Below are positions 54,513-63,857 of a stretch of 64,000 nt of DNA, piece after piece. Within the stretch, counting starts at the first letter, position 1, and the number at the start of each line of letters is the position of its first letter. The translations under genes and the position numbers were made by a program. Under the pieces are notes generated by a model, which was not told the origin of the DNA, did not search any database, and was given only the letters and a program-made list of their open reading frames with translations. This stretch comes from Planctomycetota bacterium (GTDB lineage Bacteria; Planctomycetota; UBA1135): the NCBI GenBank assembly GCA_030748415.1, contig JASMMA010000005.1:3434-67433 (forward strand), given 5' to 3'.

Positions 54513-55025
54513 CTATGAGAACCAGAGAGCCCAAGCCAGCCACACCACCTGAAAAACTCCAAGCCATACTTTTAAGACCCGGCCAAAAATAGTGCCCACG
54601 AAAGCACCAAGGCCTATCTTGAGGCTGTCGCTTCTTGTTCGCTTGGCAAGGGCATGCTCGGACAGGGCAGCGGCACCAAATGAACCGACTGCCGCCCCGA
54701 TTAAGGTACCAAGCGGAGGCAGGATTGGTGTCCCAACAATCGCGCCGGCAAAGCCACCCAAAAACGCGCCCGCCAGGCCGCTTTTTCCAGCACCACTTTT
54801 CCGGGCAATCCCCAATGAAGCTCCAAACTCAATGGCTTCTGCCAAGGCGGCTGCAGCGAAAAGAAGCCCAACATCAAACCAATCGCCACCGAGCCACGGC
54901 AAAGCCAAACCCAAGACGGCGATAACCCAAAGCCCTGGAAGTCCCAGCAATACTAAAAATAATGCTGCAAGACCAAATAGCTCAAGAAGGACCTTTGACA
55001 AAAACAAAAGAACTGCGGTCATCAT
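54513..55025 (-). CDS. DUF456-type membrane protein
   Basis: It is Gly/Ala-rich and polytopic, with the GLPGLWVI motif typical of DUF456. Confidence 0.75.
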   Translation of the reverse strand: MMTAVLLFLSKVLLELFGLAALFLVLLGLPGLWVIAVLGLALPWLGGDWFDVGLLFAAAALAEAIEFGASLGIARKSGAGKSGLAGAFLGGFAGAIVGTPILPPLGTLIGAAVGSFGAAALSEHALAKRTRSDSLKIGLGAFVGTIFGRVLKVWLGVFQVVWLAWALWFS

Positions 55026-56174
55026 CTAATCCAAAAAATCCACATCTCCCTGACAATAAAACCAAGTATCTCCTTGGAGCATTTGCCGCTGGGATTCGTA
55101 AACAACAGAATCGGCATCGGGGCACCACATCGCAGTACCAATCACGCGGTCTTTCGCTTCTCTTTTCGAAACTTTGAAGTTTGGGAGAGCATTTAGCGCA
55201 GATGAAAGGAACCCGTTTTCGCGAACAGCAATCCTGAAAATATCGGCACTGCCTTGGTTGGCAAGAGTTATCGCATGAGATAACAAGGCGGAAGAAGCTG
55301 TGGAGTCTTGCTCGGCAAATAAGTCCAGAACCTGGGCAATGGTGGTGCCTTTATCTTCCCACATTCGATACACCAAGTAGCCTTTCATCTTTCCACCCTT
55401 TTGCGCACTCAGAATCTGGTGTGCCCCAATAGGACAATCACGCCAACGCCAATTGAGGTGCTCTGAATCACGAACGGCACAAACCGGATATTGCCCTTGC
55501 AGTTCAGCCCAAAGGGTGTCGAACTGAGAATCAAAACTACTGTGGATTTCAAATTCCCACCCTTCCTCCGCTTCAGAGGGCTGTAGGCGTGCTCGGGGCA
55601 AAATATCGGAAAGAGAGTCCCCTACTTTTCCGAGGCGGCCCTTGAGTGCGGGACGAGAGGAAAGAATGCAATCGTGCACGAGCAGTTCAAAAAGATCTTG
55701 GTAGTGGAAAAGTCTCCGACCAATGCGAATCGCTTCATCTGTGCTTTGACCACCATATGCAAAACAAACCCCGTGCTCATGAGCACTGTTCACCATTCCG
55801 CCAGTGACGGATCGGAACAAAAACCCACCGCCACGGAAATTAGGGTCAACTGCATTTTCACAAGCAAACATGGCTCGGATTTCATTCCCATTGACCTGGA
55901 ATCGCCGGACAATTCCCGTGTTGGTGGCAACAATGCGGCCGCTGGATTGCTCAATGGCCACCATGCCCACTGGAGAGCCCGCTGGATTTCGCCAAAATTT
56001 CCACATATAGTGGGCGAGGGGCCTTGCTTGCTGGAAGATTTCATTAAACAACTGATTGGCCCCATCGGCATGCTTTTCTGCCAAAGGCTCGAACCGAATG
56101 CCATCCCGATCGCTGGGCATGGCTACGGGCGGGATATACTCCGCCAAGTCCATGGGCATTTTCGGATTCATCAT
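55026..56174 (-). CDS. GNAT-like acyltransferase (two-domain, ~380 aa)
   Basis: The N-terminal GNAT-like core has an FRGGGF acyl-CoA loop. The assignment comes from pattern only, and the start is uncertain (Met codons at 56174, 56162 and 56156). Confidence 0.6.
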   Translation of the reverse strand: MMNPKMPMDLAEYIPPVAMPSDRDGIRFEPLAEKHADGANQLFNEIFQQARPLAHYMWKFWRNPAGSPVGMVAIEQSSGRIVATNTGIVRRFQVNGNEIRAMFACENAVDPNFRGGGFLFRSVTGGMVNSAHEHGVCFAYGGQSTDEAIRIGRRLFHYQDLFELLVHDCILSSRPALKGRLGKVGDSLSDILPRARLQPSEAEEGWEFEIHSSFDSQFDTLWAELQGQYPVCAVRDSEHLNWRWRDCPIGAHQILSAQKGGKMKGYLVYRMWEDKGTTIAQVLDLFAEQDSTASSALLSHAITLANQGSADIFRIAVRENGFLSSALNALPNFKVSKREAKDRVIGTAMWCPDADSVVYESQRQMLQGDTWFYCQGDVDFLD

Positions 56175-57900
56175 CTTCTCGGTTGCGTTGGCTTCAGGTT
56201 TCGTTGGCTCCCTTCGAGCGCTTCGTGAATGGCACGAGGGCGCTTGGGCATCCTATGGTGACGGATGCCTTTTTTGGGAAAGCTGGGCCGCCGATTTCGG
56301 TTCCCAAAGATTACTACAAGCTACCGGACTAGCGGTTGTTATTTTCCTGCTAACAAAATGGCTTGCAAATAAAGCGCCTGCCTTGGAAAAGCTCGTCAGC
56401 CGCCTTTCTTCCCCCTCATCTGCTTTTCTTGCCCTAGGGTTTGCGCTTCTACCTCAAGTGTGTGCCCCTTTATTTCGACCAGATACCCAAGGTCAACCAA
56501 GTGTCATTGTGGTCATGCTGGACACTGTTCGAGCCGACGAAGTGGGTTGGGTTCGAAATGCGACGGGACAAGTTCTGCTTCCCGAAATCGAGGATCCAAC
56601 CCCCCACTTTGATTCTCTTGCCCTGAAAGGTGCTTCTTTTTCTCAAGCAGTGTCGCAGGCCCCTTGGACGAAACCTTCCACTGCGACTCTGCTAACTGGC
56701 CTCGTTCCTGGGAAGCACTTAGCTGTTGAGCGGAATGGTCCCTGCACTTTGTTTCAATCGTCCCAGCGAACAATGGCAGAAGCTTTTTCTTCCGCTGGGT
56801 GGCGGACTGCAGGCTTTTCATCAAACCCCAATATTCGGTCTTTCTTTGGCTTCCAGCAGGGCTTCCAACAATTCCACGAATCAGTCAGTATGACTGCCGA
56901 AGAGGCCTTGGGGTTTGCCGACGACTTCCTTGGAAAACCCGCTGAAAATGACCGACCATTCTTCCTTTATCTTCATTTAAATGATGCCCATTACCCATTT
57001 GAGGCCGCGGCACCCTGGAAAGGAATGTATGACAATACCTCAAGCACAGCGGTATTAGATGGTGACACTGAGCGGGAATACCGCGAAAGTCGGCGCGAAT
57101 TTTCTGATGAAGACTTCCGCCACTTCCGGCTCTCTCACGCTGAGGAAATTAGATATTTAGACGATGTCGTTGGCCCTTGGTTAGAGAAGCAGCTTGCGGA
57201 AAGACCCAATTTACTAGTCGTTCTTCTTTCAGACCACGGTGAGGAATTCCATGATCATGGAGATGTTGGTCACGGTCACACTCTGAATGATGAGCTCTTA
57301 AGAATTCCTCTTCAAATCTCGTGGAGCCCCGATTGGGAACTCAATCCAGTCGCGGTTAATACTCAAGTTCGAACTATGGATGTACTTCCTACCTTGTTGG
57401 ATTTTTGTGGATTGGAGTGGCCCGGCGCCGCTCTACCTCTTGATGGAGACAGCTTGCTTCCTCTCTTTAAGGGGGGTGGTAAAAACCGACCCGCTCCCTC
57501 CGAAACCGACTCCCCTGGAAGCCCTCGTAGTGGCGTTACGGGCCCCCTTCGTTCTTATCGTGCAAATGGCTGGAAGTGGATTCAAACTGCTTCCGAAAGT
57601 GAGAACCCAAATCGGGTCTGGCTCTATGACCTCCAGGCCGACCCTAAAGAAACCCAAAACCTCGCCCACCGAGAAAGGGCTCAAGCTGATGCTCTTAGGG
57701 GTGCCCAGCTATCCAGCGGATGGCTTCACAACAGCTTGTCCCCATGCGCTTGTGACAATTGTGGAGAACTGGAAATTACCGGAGGGCTCGGGGCGGAATT
57801 GGAGGCCCTGGGGTACGGTGAAGACGCTTCCGGGGAAGAGGGCCTGTTTCTGCCTGGGGCCGTTCCCTGGATAGATTTTGGCCTGAAACAGCGTGACTGA
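56152..57900 (+). CDS. membrane-anchored sulfatase-like (alkaline-phosphatase superfamily) enzyme
   Basis: It has N-terminal TM segments, VVMLDTVRADE (metal site) and DHGEEFHDHGDVGHGH. The nucleophile position reads TKPST rather than (C/S)xPxR. The start is uncertain and overlaps the divergent gene. Confidence 0.75.
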   Translation: MGIFGFIIFSVALASGFVGSLRALREWHEGAWASYGDGCLFWESWAADFGSQRLLQATGLAVVIFLLTKWLANKAPALEKLVSRLSSPSSAFLALGFALLPQVCAPLFRPDTQGQPSVIVVMLDTVRADEVGWVRNATGQVLLPEIEDPTPHFDSLALKGASFSQAVSQAPWTKPSTATLLTGLVPGKHLAVERNGPCTLFQSSQRTMAEAFSSAGWRTAGFSSNPNIRSFFGFQQGFQQFHESVSMTAEEALGFADDFLGKPAENDRPFFLYLHLNDAHYPFEAAAPWKGMYDNTSSTAVLDGDTEREYRESRREFSDEDFRHFRLSHAEEIRYLDDVVGPWLEKQLAERPNLLVVLLSDHGEEFHDHGDVGHGHTLNDELLRIPLQISWSPDWELNPVAVNTQVRTMDVLPTLLDFCGLEWPGAALPLDGDSLLPLFKGGGKNRPAPSETDSPGSPRSGVTGPLRSYRANGWKWIQTASESENPNRVWLYDLQADPKETQNLAHRERAQADALRGAQLSSGWLHNSLSPCACDNCGELEITGGLGAELEALGYGEDASGEEGLFLPGAVPWIDFGLKQRD

Positions 57901-58057
57901 GCAAGATTTTCGTTCAAATCTGCGTGTTTTGTGTGAAATTCCTGCCTTTTTTGGGTTTTTTTTGCATTTTTGAACCACTTTTTCGTGCAATCCTGCACGG
58001 GGCGGCCTATCCTTCCACCATTCCCGCACCCCCTTCACCCCGCGGGATAGGAGAAAA

Positions 58058-59464
58058 ATGGCTGCGACCACCACCAAGGACTATTCCCAAACCCTGGACA
58101 CCTGCTACGCAATCACAGGCACGATGACACGCGACGAAATCCTGGAACACATGCGCCAGAATGATGTCCGCTTCTTGCGGCTTCAGTTCATGGACATCAC
58201 CGGCAACAATAAAAATGTTGAGGTTCCTTCGAGTCAATTCGAGAAGGCGCTTGATGGTGAAATCATGTTCGATGGCTCCTCGATTGAGGGTTTCACTCGA
58301 ATCGAAGAATCGGACATGCTTTTGCACCCGGCTTACGAGAGTTACCGAATTGATCCCTGGCCGAACGATGGAATCGGTTGGACGGATCACGGAAAAGTCG
58401 CGCATATGATCTGTGATGTTTACAACTCTAACGGAACTCCATTCAGTGGATGTCCACGCGGAACTCTAAAGCGACTCATCGCCGAGGCTTCCGAACTCGG
58501 TTATGAAATGAATTGTGGCCCTGAAGCTGAGTTCTTTCTGTTCCTACGCACTGAAGATGGAGACGCCACCACAGAAACTCATGACTCTGCTGGTTACTTC
58601 GATCTTGCTCCCATGGACTTGGGCGAAGCATGCCGTCGTGAAATTGTGATTGCCTTGGAAAACCTTGGCTTTGAAATTGAAGCCGCTCACCATGAAGTTG
58701 CGCCTGGTCAACATGAAATTGATTTCAAGTATGGCGATGCCTTAACAACTGCCGACCGCTTGGCGACTTTTCGCTGGGTCGTTCGCAAGGTCGCTCGCGA
58801 CATGGGACTTCATGCGACCTTTATGCCAAAGCCCATCTACGGACAAAACGGCTCTGGGATGCATGTTCACCAATCTTTGTTCAAAGATGGAAGCAATTCC
58901 TTCTTTGACGAGAACGGAGAAGACGGTATCTCCGATACCATGCGCTGGTATGTTGGTGGCCTCTTGAAGCACGCCCGTGGGCTAGTGGCTGTCACAAACC
59001 CAACAGTAAACTCGTTCAAGCGCTTGGTTCCTGGCTATGAAGCCCCAACACATCTTGCTTGGTCAAAGCGCAACCGCTCACCTTTGATTCGGGTCCCCGA
59101 TCGGCGCGGTATTGGAACTCGCCTAGAACTGCGAATGCCAGATCCAAGTTGCAACCCTTACCTCGCCTTTGCATGCATGCTTGCTGCTGGACTCGATGGA
59201 GTTAAAAACCAAATCAATCCTCCCGAAGCCGTTACGAGCAATGTTTACAAAATGAGCGCTCGCGAACGCAAGCGCTTGAAGATTAAGAGCCTCCCCGCTG
59301 ACTTGGGTGAAGCGATTGTTGTTCTGGAAAAGGATCGTGTCCTAGCTGATGCACTTGGCGAACATGTCCTCAATCAATTTATCGCTGCCAAAAAACAAGA
59401 ATGGGGTGATTACATTGCCGCCGTTCATCCTTGGGAGCTTGACCGCTACTTGGAAACGATGTAA
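58058..59464 (+). CDS. glnA: glutamine synthetase type I
   Basis: It has FDGSSIEGF, GSGMHVHQSL and NRSPLIRVP motifs and is 468 aa long. Confidence 0.95.
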   Translation: MAATTTKDYSQTLDTCYAITGTMTRDEILEHMRQNDVRFLRLQFMDITGNNKNVEVPSSQFEKALDGEIMFDGSSIEGFTRIEESDMLLHPAYESYRIDPWPNDGIGWTDHGKVAHMICDVYNSNGTPFSGCPRGTLKRLIAEASELGYEMNCGPEAEFFLFLRTEDGDATTETHDSAGYFDLAPMDLGEACRREIVIALENLGFEIEAAHHEVAPGQHEIDFKYGDALTTADRLATFRWVVRKVARDMGLHATFMPKPIYGQNGSGMHVHQSLFKDGSNSFFDENGEDGISDTMRWYVGGLLKHARGLVAVTNPTVNSFKRLVPGYEAPTHLAWSKRNRSPLIRVPDRRGIGTRLELRMPDPSCNPYLAFACMLAAGLDGVKNQINPPEAVTSNVYKMSARERKRLKIKSLPADLGEAIVVLEKDRVLADALGEHVLNQFIAAKKQEWGDYIAAVHPWELDRYLETM

Positions 59465-60363
59465 CCGCTTTCAGCAGTCAGCTTGCAGAATAATTTCGAG
59501 AGGCGCTCGGTCATCTGACCGGGCGCCTTTCCCTTTGTTGCGCCCGAACCGATTGTTCGGCCATCGATTTCCACCACGCCCGCAAGTTCTCCCATCGTCC
59601 CAGTCGTAAAGACTTCGTCTGCTCGGTAAATCTGTGTAAGAGAAAGGTCGCAAACCTCGTGTGGAATACTATTGTCCTGGCATATATCTAGAATGGTGGC
59701 TCTCGTGACCCCTTCGGGGCATGCTCGCGTTGTTGGTGTTCTTACAACTCCATTCTGAACGGCGAACAAATGAGTGGCATTTGTTTCAGCAACAAAGCCA
59801 TGCTTGTCCAACAGGATGGCATCGTCCGCGCCGGCCACATTTGCTTCTATTTTGGCTAATATAGATTGAACTAAATTGTTGTGGTGAATGTTGGGATCTA
59901 GGCAGTCTGGCGGAAACCTCCGCACGGAAGAAGTCACTAAGCGCAATCCGCTTTTTGAGTACACAGGCGGCTTCCACTCAGCCAAAACAATCAAAGTTGG
60001 GCCGGATTTGTTTAGGCGAGGGTCCATTCCACTTGTGGTTTTCACGCCCCGGCTTAAAGTCAATCGAATATGAACGCCGTCCGTCATTTCGTTTGCTTCC
60101 AAAGTGTGGGTAATTTCTTGAATCAACTCTTCCTTCGTTGGGATTTCGGAAAAGGCTAAAGCTTTTGCAGAAGAAATGAGGCGATTCAAGTGTTCATCCA
60201 ATTTAAATATTTTCCCCTCATAAACCCGCAGGCCCTCCCATACGCCATCACCACCCTGGACCAATGAATCAAAAGGGCTAACTCCTGCTTCATCCCGCGG
60301 AATCAACTCCCCATTGATGTTAATAAGGATTTTGAGATTGCGTTTATCTAATTGCTGCAACAT
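59446..60363 (-). CDS. class IV aminotransferase (branched-chain amino acid aminotransferase-like)
   Basis: It has the fold-type IV pattern: VWEGLRVYEGKIF, ETNATHLF and PEGVTR. Confidence 0.85.
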   Translation of the reverse strand: MLQQLDKRNLKILININGELIPRDEAGVSPFDSLVQGGDGVWEGLRVYEGKIFKLDEHLNRLISSAKALAFSEIPTKEELIQEITHTLEANEMTDGVHIRLTLSRGVKTTSGMDPRLNKSGPTLIVLAEWKPPVYSKSGLRLVTSSVRRFPPDCLDPNIHHNNLVQSILAKIEANVAGADDAILLDKHGFVAETNATHLFAVQNGVVRTPTTRACPEGVTRATILDICQDNSIPHEVCDLSLTQIYRADEVFTTGTMGELAGVVEIDGRTIGSGATKGKAPGQMTERLSKLFCKLTAESGYIVSK

Positions 60364-61379
60364 GAAGATTGCATTCTAGTCTCAGAAAGCTCAATGCATC
60401 GACTTAATGCATAGGCAAAAGGGCCATAATCAGCCTTCCCTGTTCGGGCAATGTCCCAAGCTGTTCCATGCATGGGGCTTGTCCGAAGAAGGTCGCCACC
60501 GACAAACAGAGTCCACGCCTCTTTCCTTCCCATGAATTTGAGGGGAATAAATCCTTGATCGTGGTATAGGGCAATTACGATGTCCCACTTGCCTGCTGCC
60601 GCATCTGCAAAAACAACATCGGGAACGGCAGGTCCACTTGTTCTAAAACCAAATTCTTTCTCTGCCCTCTGCATTGCTGGCCGGAGCACCTTTCGTTCTT
60701 CTTTTCCAAAGGCACCGTTTTCGCCTGCATGAGGGTTTAACCCAGCCAATACGATGCGGGGATTTTCCAGACCTAAGGGGCCGCGAGCAGCTTCGTGGGC
60801 AATACGAATCTGTTTTGCAACAGAGCCGATTTCTAACCTTTCCACGACTTCGCGAAGAGAGATGTGGCGAGTGGCCAATAAAACTTTCAAATTCCCATTA
60901 CACGCCAACATCCCATATCGCCTTGAATTGCAAAGCTCCCCCAGGATTTGGGTTTGCCCTTCAAAGACATATCCAGCTTTATGCATGGATTCTTTTGATA
61001 GCGGAGGTGTAACCATTCCGGCCGCCTTACCCGTCAAACAAAGTGTTCCCGCTCGGAGCACACTTTCGACCGCAGCCATTCCAAACGATGCCGAAGGACC
61101 GCCAGGCGGGTCATCGGAGGCTGGCGTTTCAAGTTCTAAAACTGGTAGGCCAGCTTTGGGCTCTAATTCAAAACCCTCCGTTGGATTTGAAACCGGAACC
61201 AAGCTCAGTTCGAGCTCCATTTCTTCGGCCAACTTCGATAGAGCAGAATAGTGCCCCAGAATAAGAGGGCGGCATCGTGTCGCCTGGCTTGAATTGGAAA
61301 AGGTCCGGAGTAAAACCTCCGGACCAATGCCGCCAAAATCCCCTTGGGGAATGGCGATGCGAGGAACTTCCTGGCTCAG
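60348..61379 (-). CDS. pdxA: PdxA family dehydrogenase (4-hydroxythreonine-4-phosphate dehydrogenase-like)
   Basis: It has NPHAGENG, YHDQGFIPLK and HGTAWDIA metal-site motifs. The conserved N-terminus RIAIPQGDFGGIGPEV lies upstream of the track start (a TTG at 61232). The frame is open back to 61433 with no ATG/GTG/TTG. The CTG at 61379 overlaps the upstream stop (CTGA). Confidence 0.75.
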   Translation of the reverse strand: MSQEVPRIAIPQGDFGGIGPEVLLRTFSNSSQATRCRPLILGHYSALSKLAEEMELELSLVPVSNPTEGFELEPKAGLPVLELETPASDDPPGGPSASFGMAAVESVLRAGTLCLTGKAAGMVTPPLSKESMHKAGYVFEGQTQILGELCNSRRYGMLACNGNLKVLLATRHISLREVVERLEIGSVAKQIRIAHEAARGPLGLENPRIVLAGLNPHAGENGAFGKEERKVLRPAMQRAEKEFGFRTSGPAVPDVVFADAAAGKWDIVIALYHDQGFIPLKFMGRKEAWTLFVGGDLLRTSPMHGTAWDIARTGKADYGPFAYALSRCIELSETRMQSSCCSN

Positions 61380-62026
61380 GGCTGGTACTGAATGTTGAGA
61401 GTTCCGTTGTGGAAAGAAACTTGAACGCGAATTTCAGAAAGTGAGAGATTCGCTGCATTCGGCAAGAAGGTAATTGTGGCCGTCCCTACTGAAACAGGGA
61501 GGTTCGCAATCTCCATTAATTGAATTGGAAGTAGCTGCCCAACGATTGGAGTCACTGTCAAAGTGCCGTCAAGGATAAACTCAACTTCACCACCAATAAA
61601 TCCGGCAGGCAGGAACTGCCACATGGCTACTTGCGAAGCGGCAACCGAAGCTCTGTCCATTGTGAGCACAGTCCGCTTAACCATGCCGAGGTGGCTCCAA
61701 TTTTCGTAGTCATCCAAAAAGCCGTAGGGCTGGCCTGCTGCACCTAACAAAGTACCTGAAAGATTCGTGTTCCCCATCACAGCGGCAACGGGTGGCAAGC
61801 CAGAAAGGAAAGGCGCTGGTGGTTCTGGGAAACCATTTGGAATCCAGAACAAATCATCGAGACGTGGATCAACCACGCAAGGGAGACTACCAACAACTGG
61901 GTTGTCGCCACGGCCTGCGCTTCCACCAATCCCATCCCAAACGGCTGGAAGCATGGGCACCAAGCCCACGGCAAGGGTCAAACCCAAGGTGGCGAGCAAA
62001 ATGCGGGAACGGGTGAGAGTTTTCAT
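61376..62026 (-). CDS. exported hypothetical protein
   Basis: It has the signal peptide MKTLTRSRILLATLGLTLAVG and forms a TAATG overlap with the anti-sigma gene. Confidence 0.6.
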   Translation of the reverse strand: MKTLTRSRILLATLGLTLAVGLVPMLPAVWDGIGGSAGRGDNPVVGSLPCVVDPRLDDLFWIPNGFPEPPAPFLSGLPPVAAVMGNTNLSGTLLGAAGQPYGFLDDYENWSHLGMVKRTVLTMDRASVAASQVAMWQFLPAGFIGGEVEFILDGTLTVTPIVGQLLPIQLMEIANLPVSVGTATITFLPNAANLSLSEIRVQVSFHNGTLNIQYQP

Positions 62027-63033
62027 TAGGCTGCGAAAAATTCGGGCTCAAGAGCCTCGATGCAACTGCGAGATTCGGAATCGTTCCGAAGAACGGCTAA
62101 AAGTTCCGGGCTTTGGCGCAACCACTCGATGGACTGCTTCCATAGCTCGGGGTAACCCAGGCGGATGCGTTGCAACATGGCAGTCGCAGCGTCAACATCG
62201 CCTAAGGAAAGGTGCTCAACAGCAATGTTGTAAAGCACAAAAGCGAATTCGGGCTTGCGCTCAACAAGTCCGCTTGCAACAACCCAACGATACATCCTTA
62301 ATGCAAGATGGTTATCGCCTTGGTGGTCGTAAAGTTGGCCTAGCTGAATTGCAGCGTGGGCACGATTAGTTGGACGGTCAGTGCGTAGGAACACCTCACG
62401 ATATTCTTTGGCAGAGGCTTCAACATCATCCATGAGTTGGTGAACAAATCCGGAGTAGAGGCGCGCTTCGGCAAACTTTGGCTTCAGGCTCAAAGCTTCG
62501 CTCAATAATTTTCGGCCCTGGAGCAAAAAGTCTTCACTCTTCTCTTCAAGCACTTCTTTGGAAATGCAACAAGCGCCGGTTTTTTCGGCGGCTTCAGCGA
62601 GTTCACATGCTTCGTTTGCTCTAAACTCTTCAATGCGAACAGGCTCTTCGGCAACTTTAAGTAGGTAGCCGTCATCGTTGGCGGTAAGAACATAGGCCTT
62701 GCCGAGTTCGTAAAGTGCATTGGCCAAGCGCCGAACAATCTCAGAGTCCGTTAGGCCTTCGAACAAGTCTTGCCCACGGAGGCGGCGAATACGCTTCGCA
62801 AGGCTACCTGGCACCGCGAGGTCGCGATGAGCAAGGGCTTGCAAACGAATCGCTTGGAAGAACTCCGAGCAATGGTCACAAGTTTCCAAGTGAGCAAGAG
62901 AGCGGCGGGAGTGCTGCTCGCCAAGTTCGCCATCCAATAGTGCACTCAAGTCACGCTGAAAGCCGGCGCATAGGAGTCGGCTTGAAGAACGCGCGTTGCG
63001 GATGGTATCGAGGAACTCGGTGCGGTCGTACAT
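62026..63033 (-). CDS. soluble anti-sigma factor (zf-HC2) with TPR-like C-terminal domain
   Basis: It has the HLETCDHCSEFF zinc motif near the N-terminus. I see no TM segment. It forms a TGATG overlap with the sigma gene. Confidence 0.7.
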   Translation of the reverse strand: MYDRTEFLDTIRNARSSSRLLCAGFQRDLSALLDGELGEQHSRRSLAHLETCDHCSEFFQAIRLQALAHRDLAVPGSLAKRIRRLRGQDLFEGLTDSEIVRRLANALYELGKAYVLTANDDGYLLKVAEEPVRIEEFRANEACELAEAAEKTGACCISKEVLEEKSEDFLLQGRKLLSEALSLKPKFAEARLYSGFVHQLMDDVEASAKEYREVFLRTDRPTNRAHAAIQLGQLYDHQGDNHLALRMYRWVVASGLVERKPEFAFVLYNIAVEHLSLGDVDAATAMLQRIRLGYPELWKQSIEWLRQSPELLAVLRNDSESRSCIEALEPEFFAA

Positions 63034-63857
63034 CAGTTCGCCAGCTCCTCTGTTGACATTGCGCGGCGGTCCGAGGCGTCTTGCCCGGACTGGAACTTGC
63101 GCTTCATAATGGTAAAAATCTTCCGACGAGCGCGGAAGACCATCATTTTGAGGTTCTCAACCCGCACTTCAACTTTGGCGGCCGCCTCTCGGTAAGGAAG
63201 CCCTTCGACTTCCACGAGGAATAGAACCCGCTTTTCGCGCGGGGTCAAACAGCGATACGCCTCAAGATAAAAATGCAGGTAGAGCCGCCAGGTTGAAACA
63301 AGCTCATTGGCGGCTTCTTTTTCGGCCGTGTCATGAAGTGGGGTGTGAACCCGATCATCGGCCAGTTCAAGGGCAGCGGCTTCTTCACTGTCGCAGCTTG
63401 GAGAGCCGAGAGACAGCACGCGGTCGCGCTGCGCGCGGCGACTATGCTTCAGGGCCGTATTCCGAATGATGGAATGAGTCCAGTTGCGGAATGCGGATTT
63501 CCGATCTGGCTTGAACTTGTGTGGGTAGCGGTAGATGTTGAAGAAGACCTCTTGAAGGACATCTCCTGCATCTACAAAGTAGTAAGAGCGTTTGAGGTGG
63601 TGGTAGGTAAGGCGTAAAAAGTCTTCGCTGTTTATCTCATAGAGAAGAGCAAAGGCTTCTTTTGAGGCAGTCTCTTTGTAAACGCCCATCAGGACAGTTG
63701 AGACGCCATCTCTGCAGGTTTTAGGCGACGCGACATAAGCCTGCGCCAACTCAAGCAGATCGCCAGCCCCGAATTCCGCAGGGTTCGCCTCAGCAAAGCT
63801 AATCAGCTTTGAAGCGAGCTCCTCATTGCTCTTGCGGTTGTGGGTCTGGGTGTTCAT
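63033..63857 (-). CDS. ECF-type sigma-70 family factor with ~90-aa N-terminal extension
   Basis: Region 2 is VLQEVFFNIYRY...FRNWTHSIIRN and region 4 is LFLVEVEGLPYREAAAKVEVRVENLKMMVFRARRK. Confidence 0.85.
   Translation of the reverse strand: MNTQTHNRKSNEELASKLISFAEANPAEFGAGDLLELAQAYVASPKTCRDGVSTVLMGVYKETASKEAFALLYEINSEDFLRLTYHHLKRSYYFVDAGDVLQEVFFNIYRYPHKFKPDRKSAFRNWTHSIIRNTALKHSRRAQRDRVLSLGSPSCDSEEAAALELADDRVHTPLHDTAEKEAANELVSTWRLYLHFYLEAYRCLTPREKRVLFLVEVEGLPYREAAAKVEVRVENLKMMVFRARRKIFTIMKRKFQSGQDASDRRAMSTEELAN

Noticed and set aside
57952-57966. A sigma-54-like TGG...TTGCA lies upstream of glnA, a classical NtrC/sigma-54 target.
   Set aside because: The GG to GC spacing is 9 (or 8), not 10, and the -24 element is only TGGG within a T-run.
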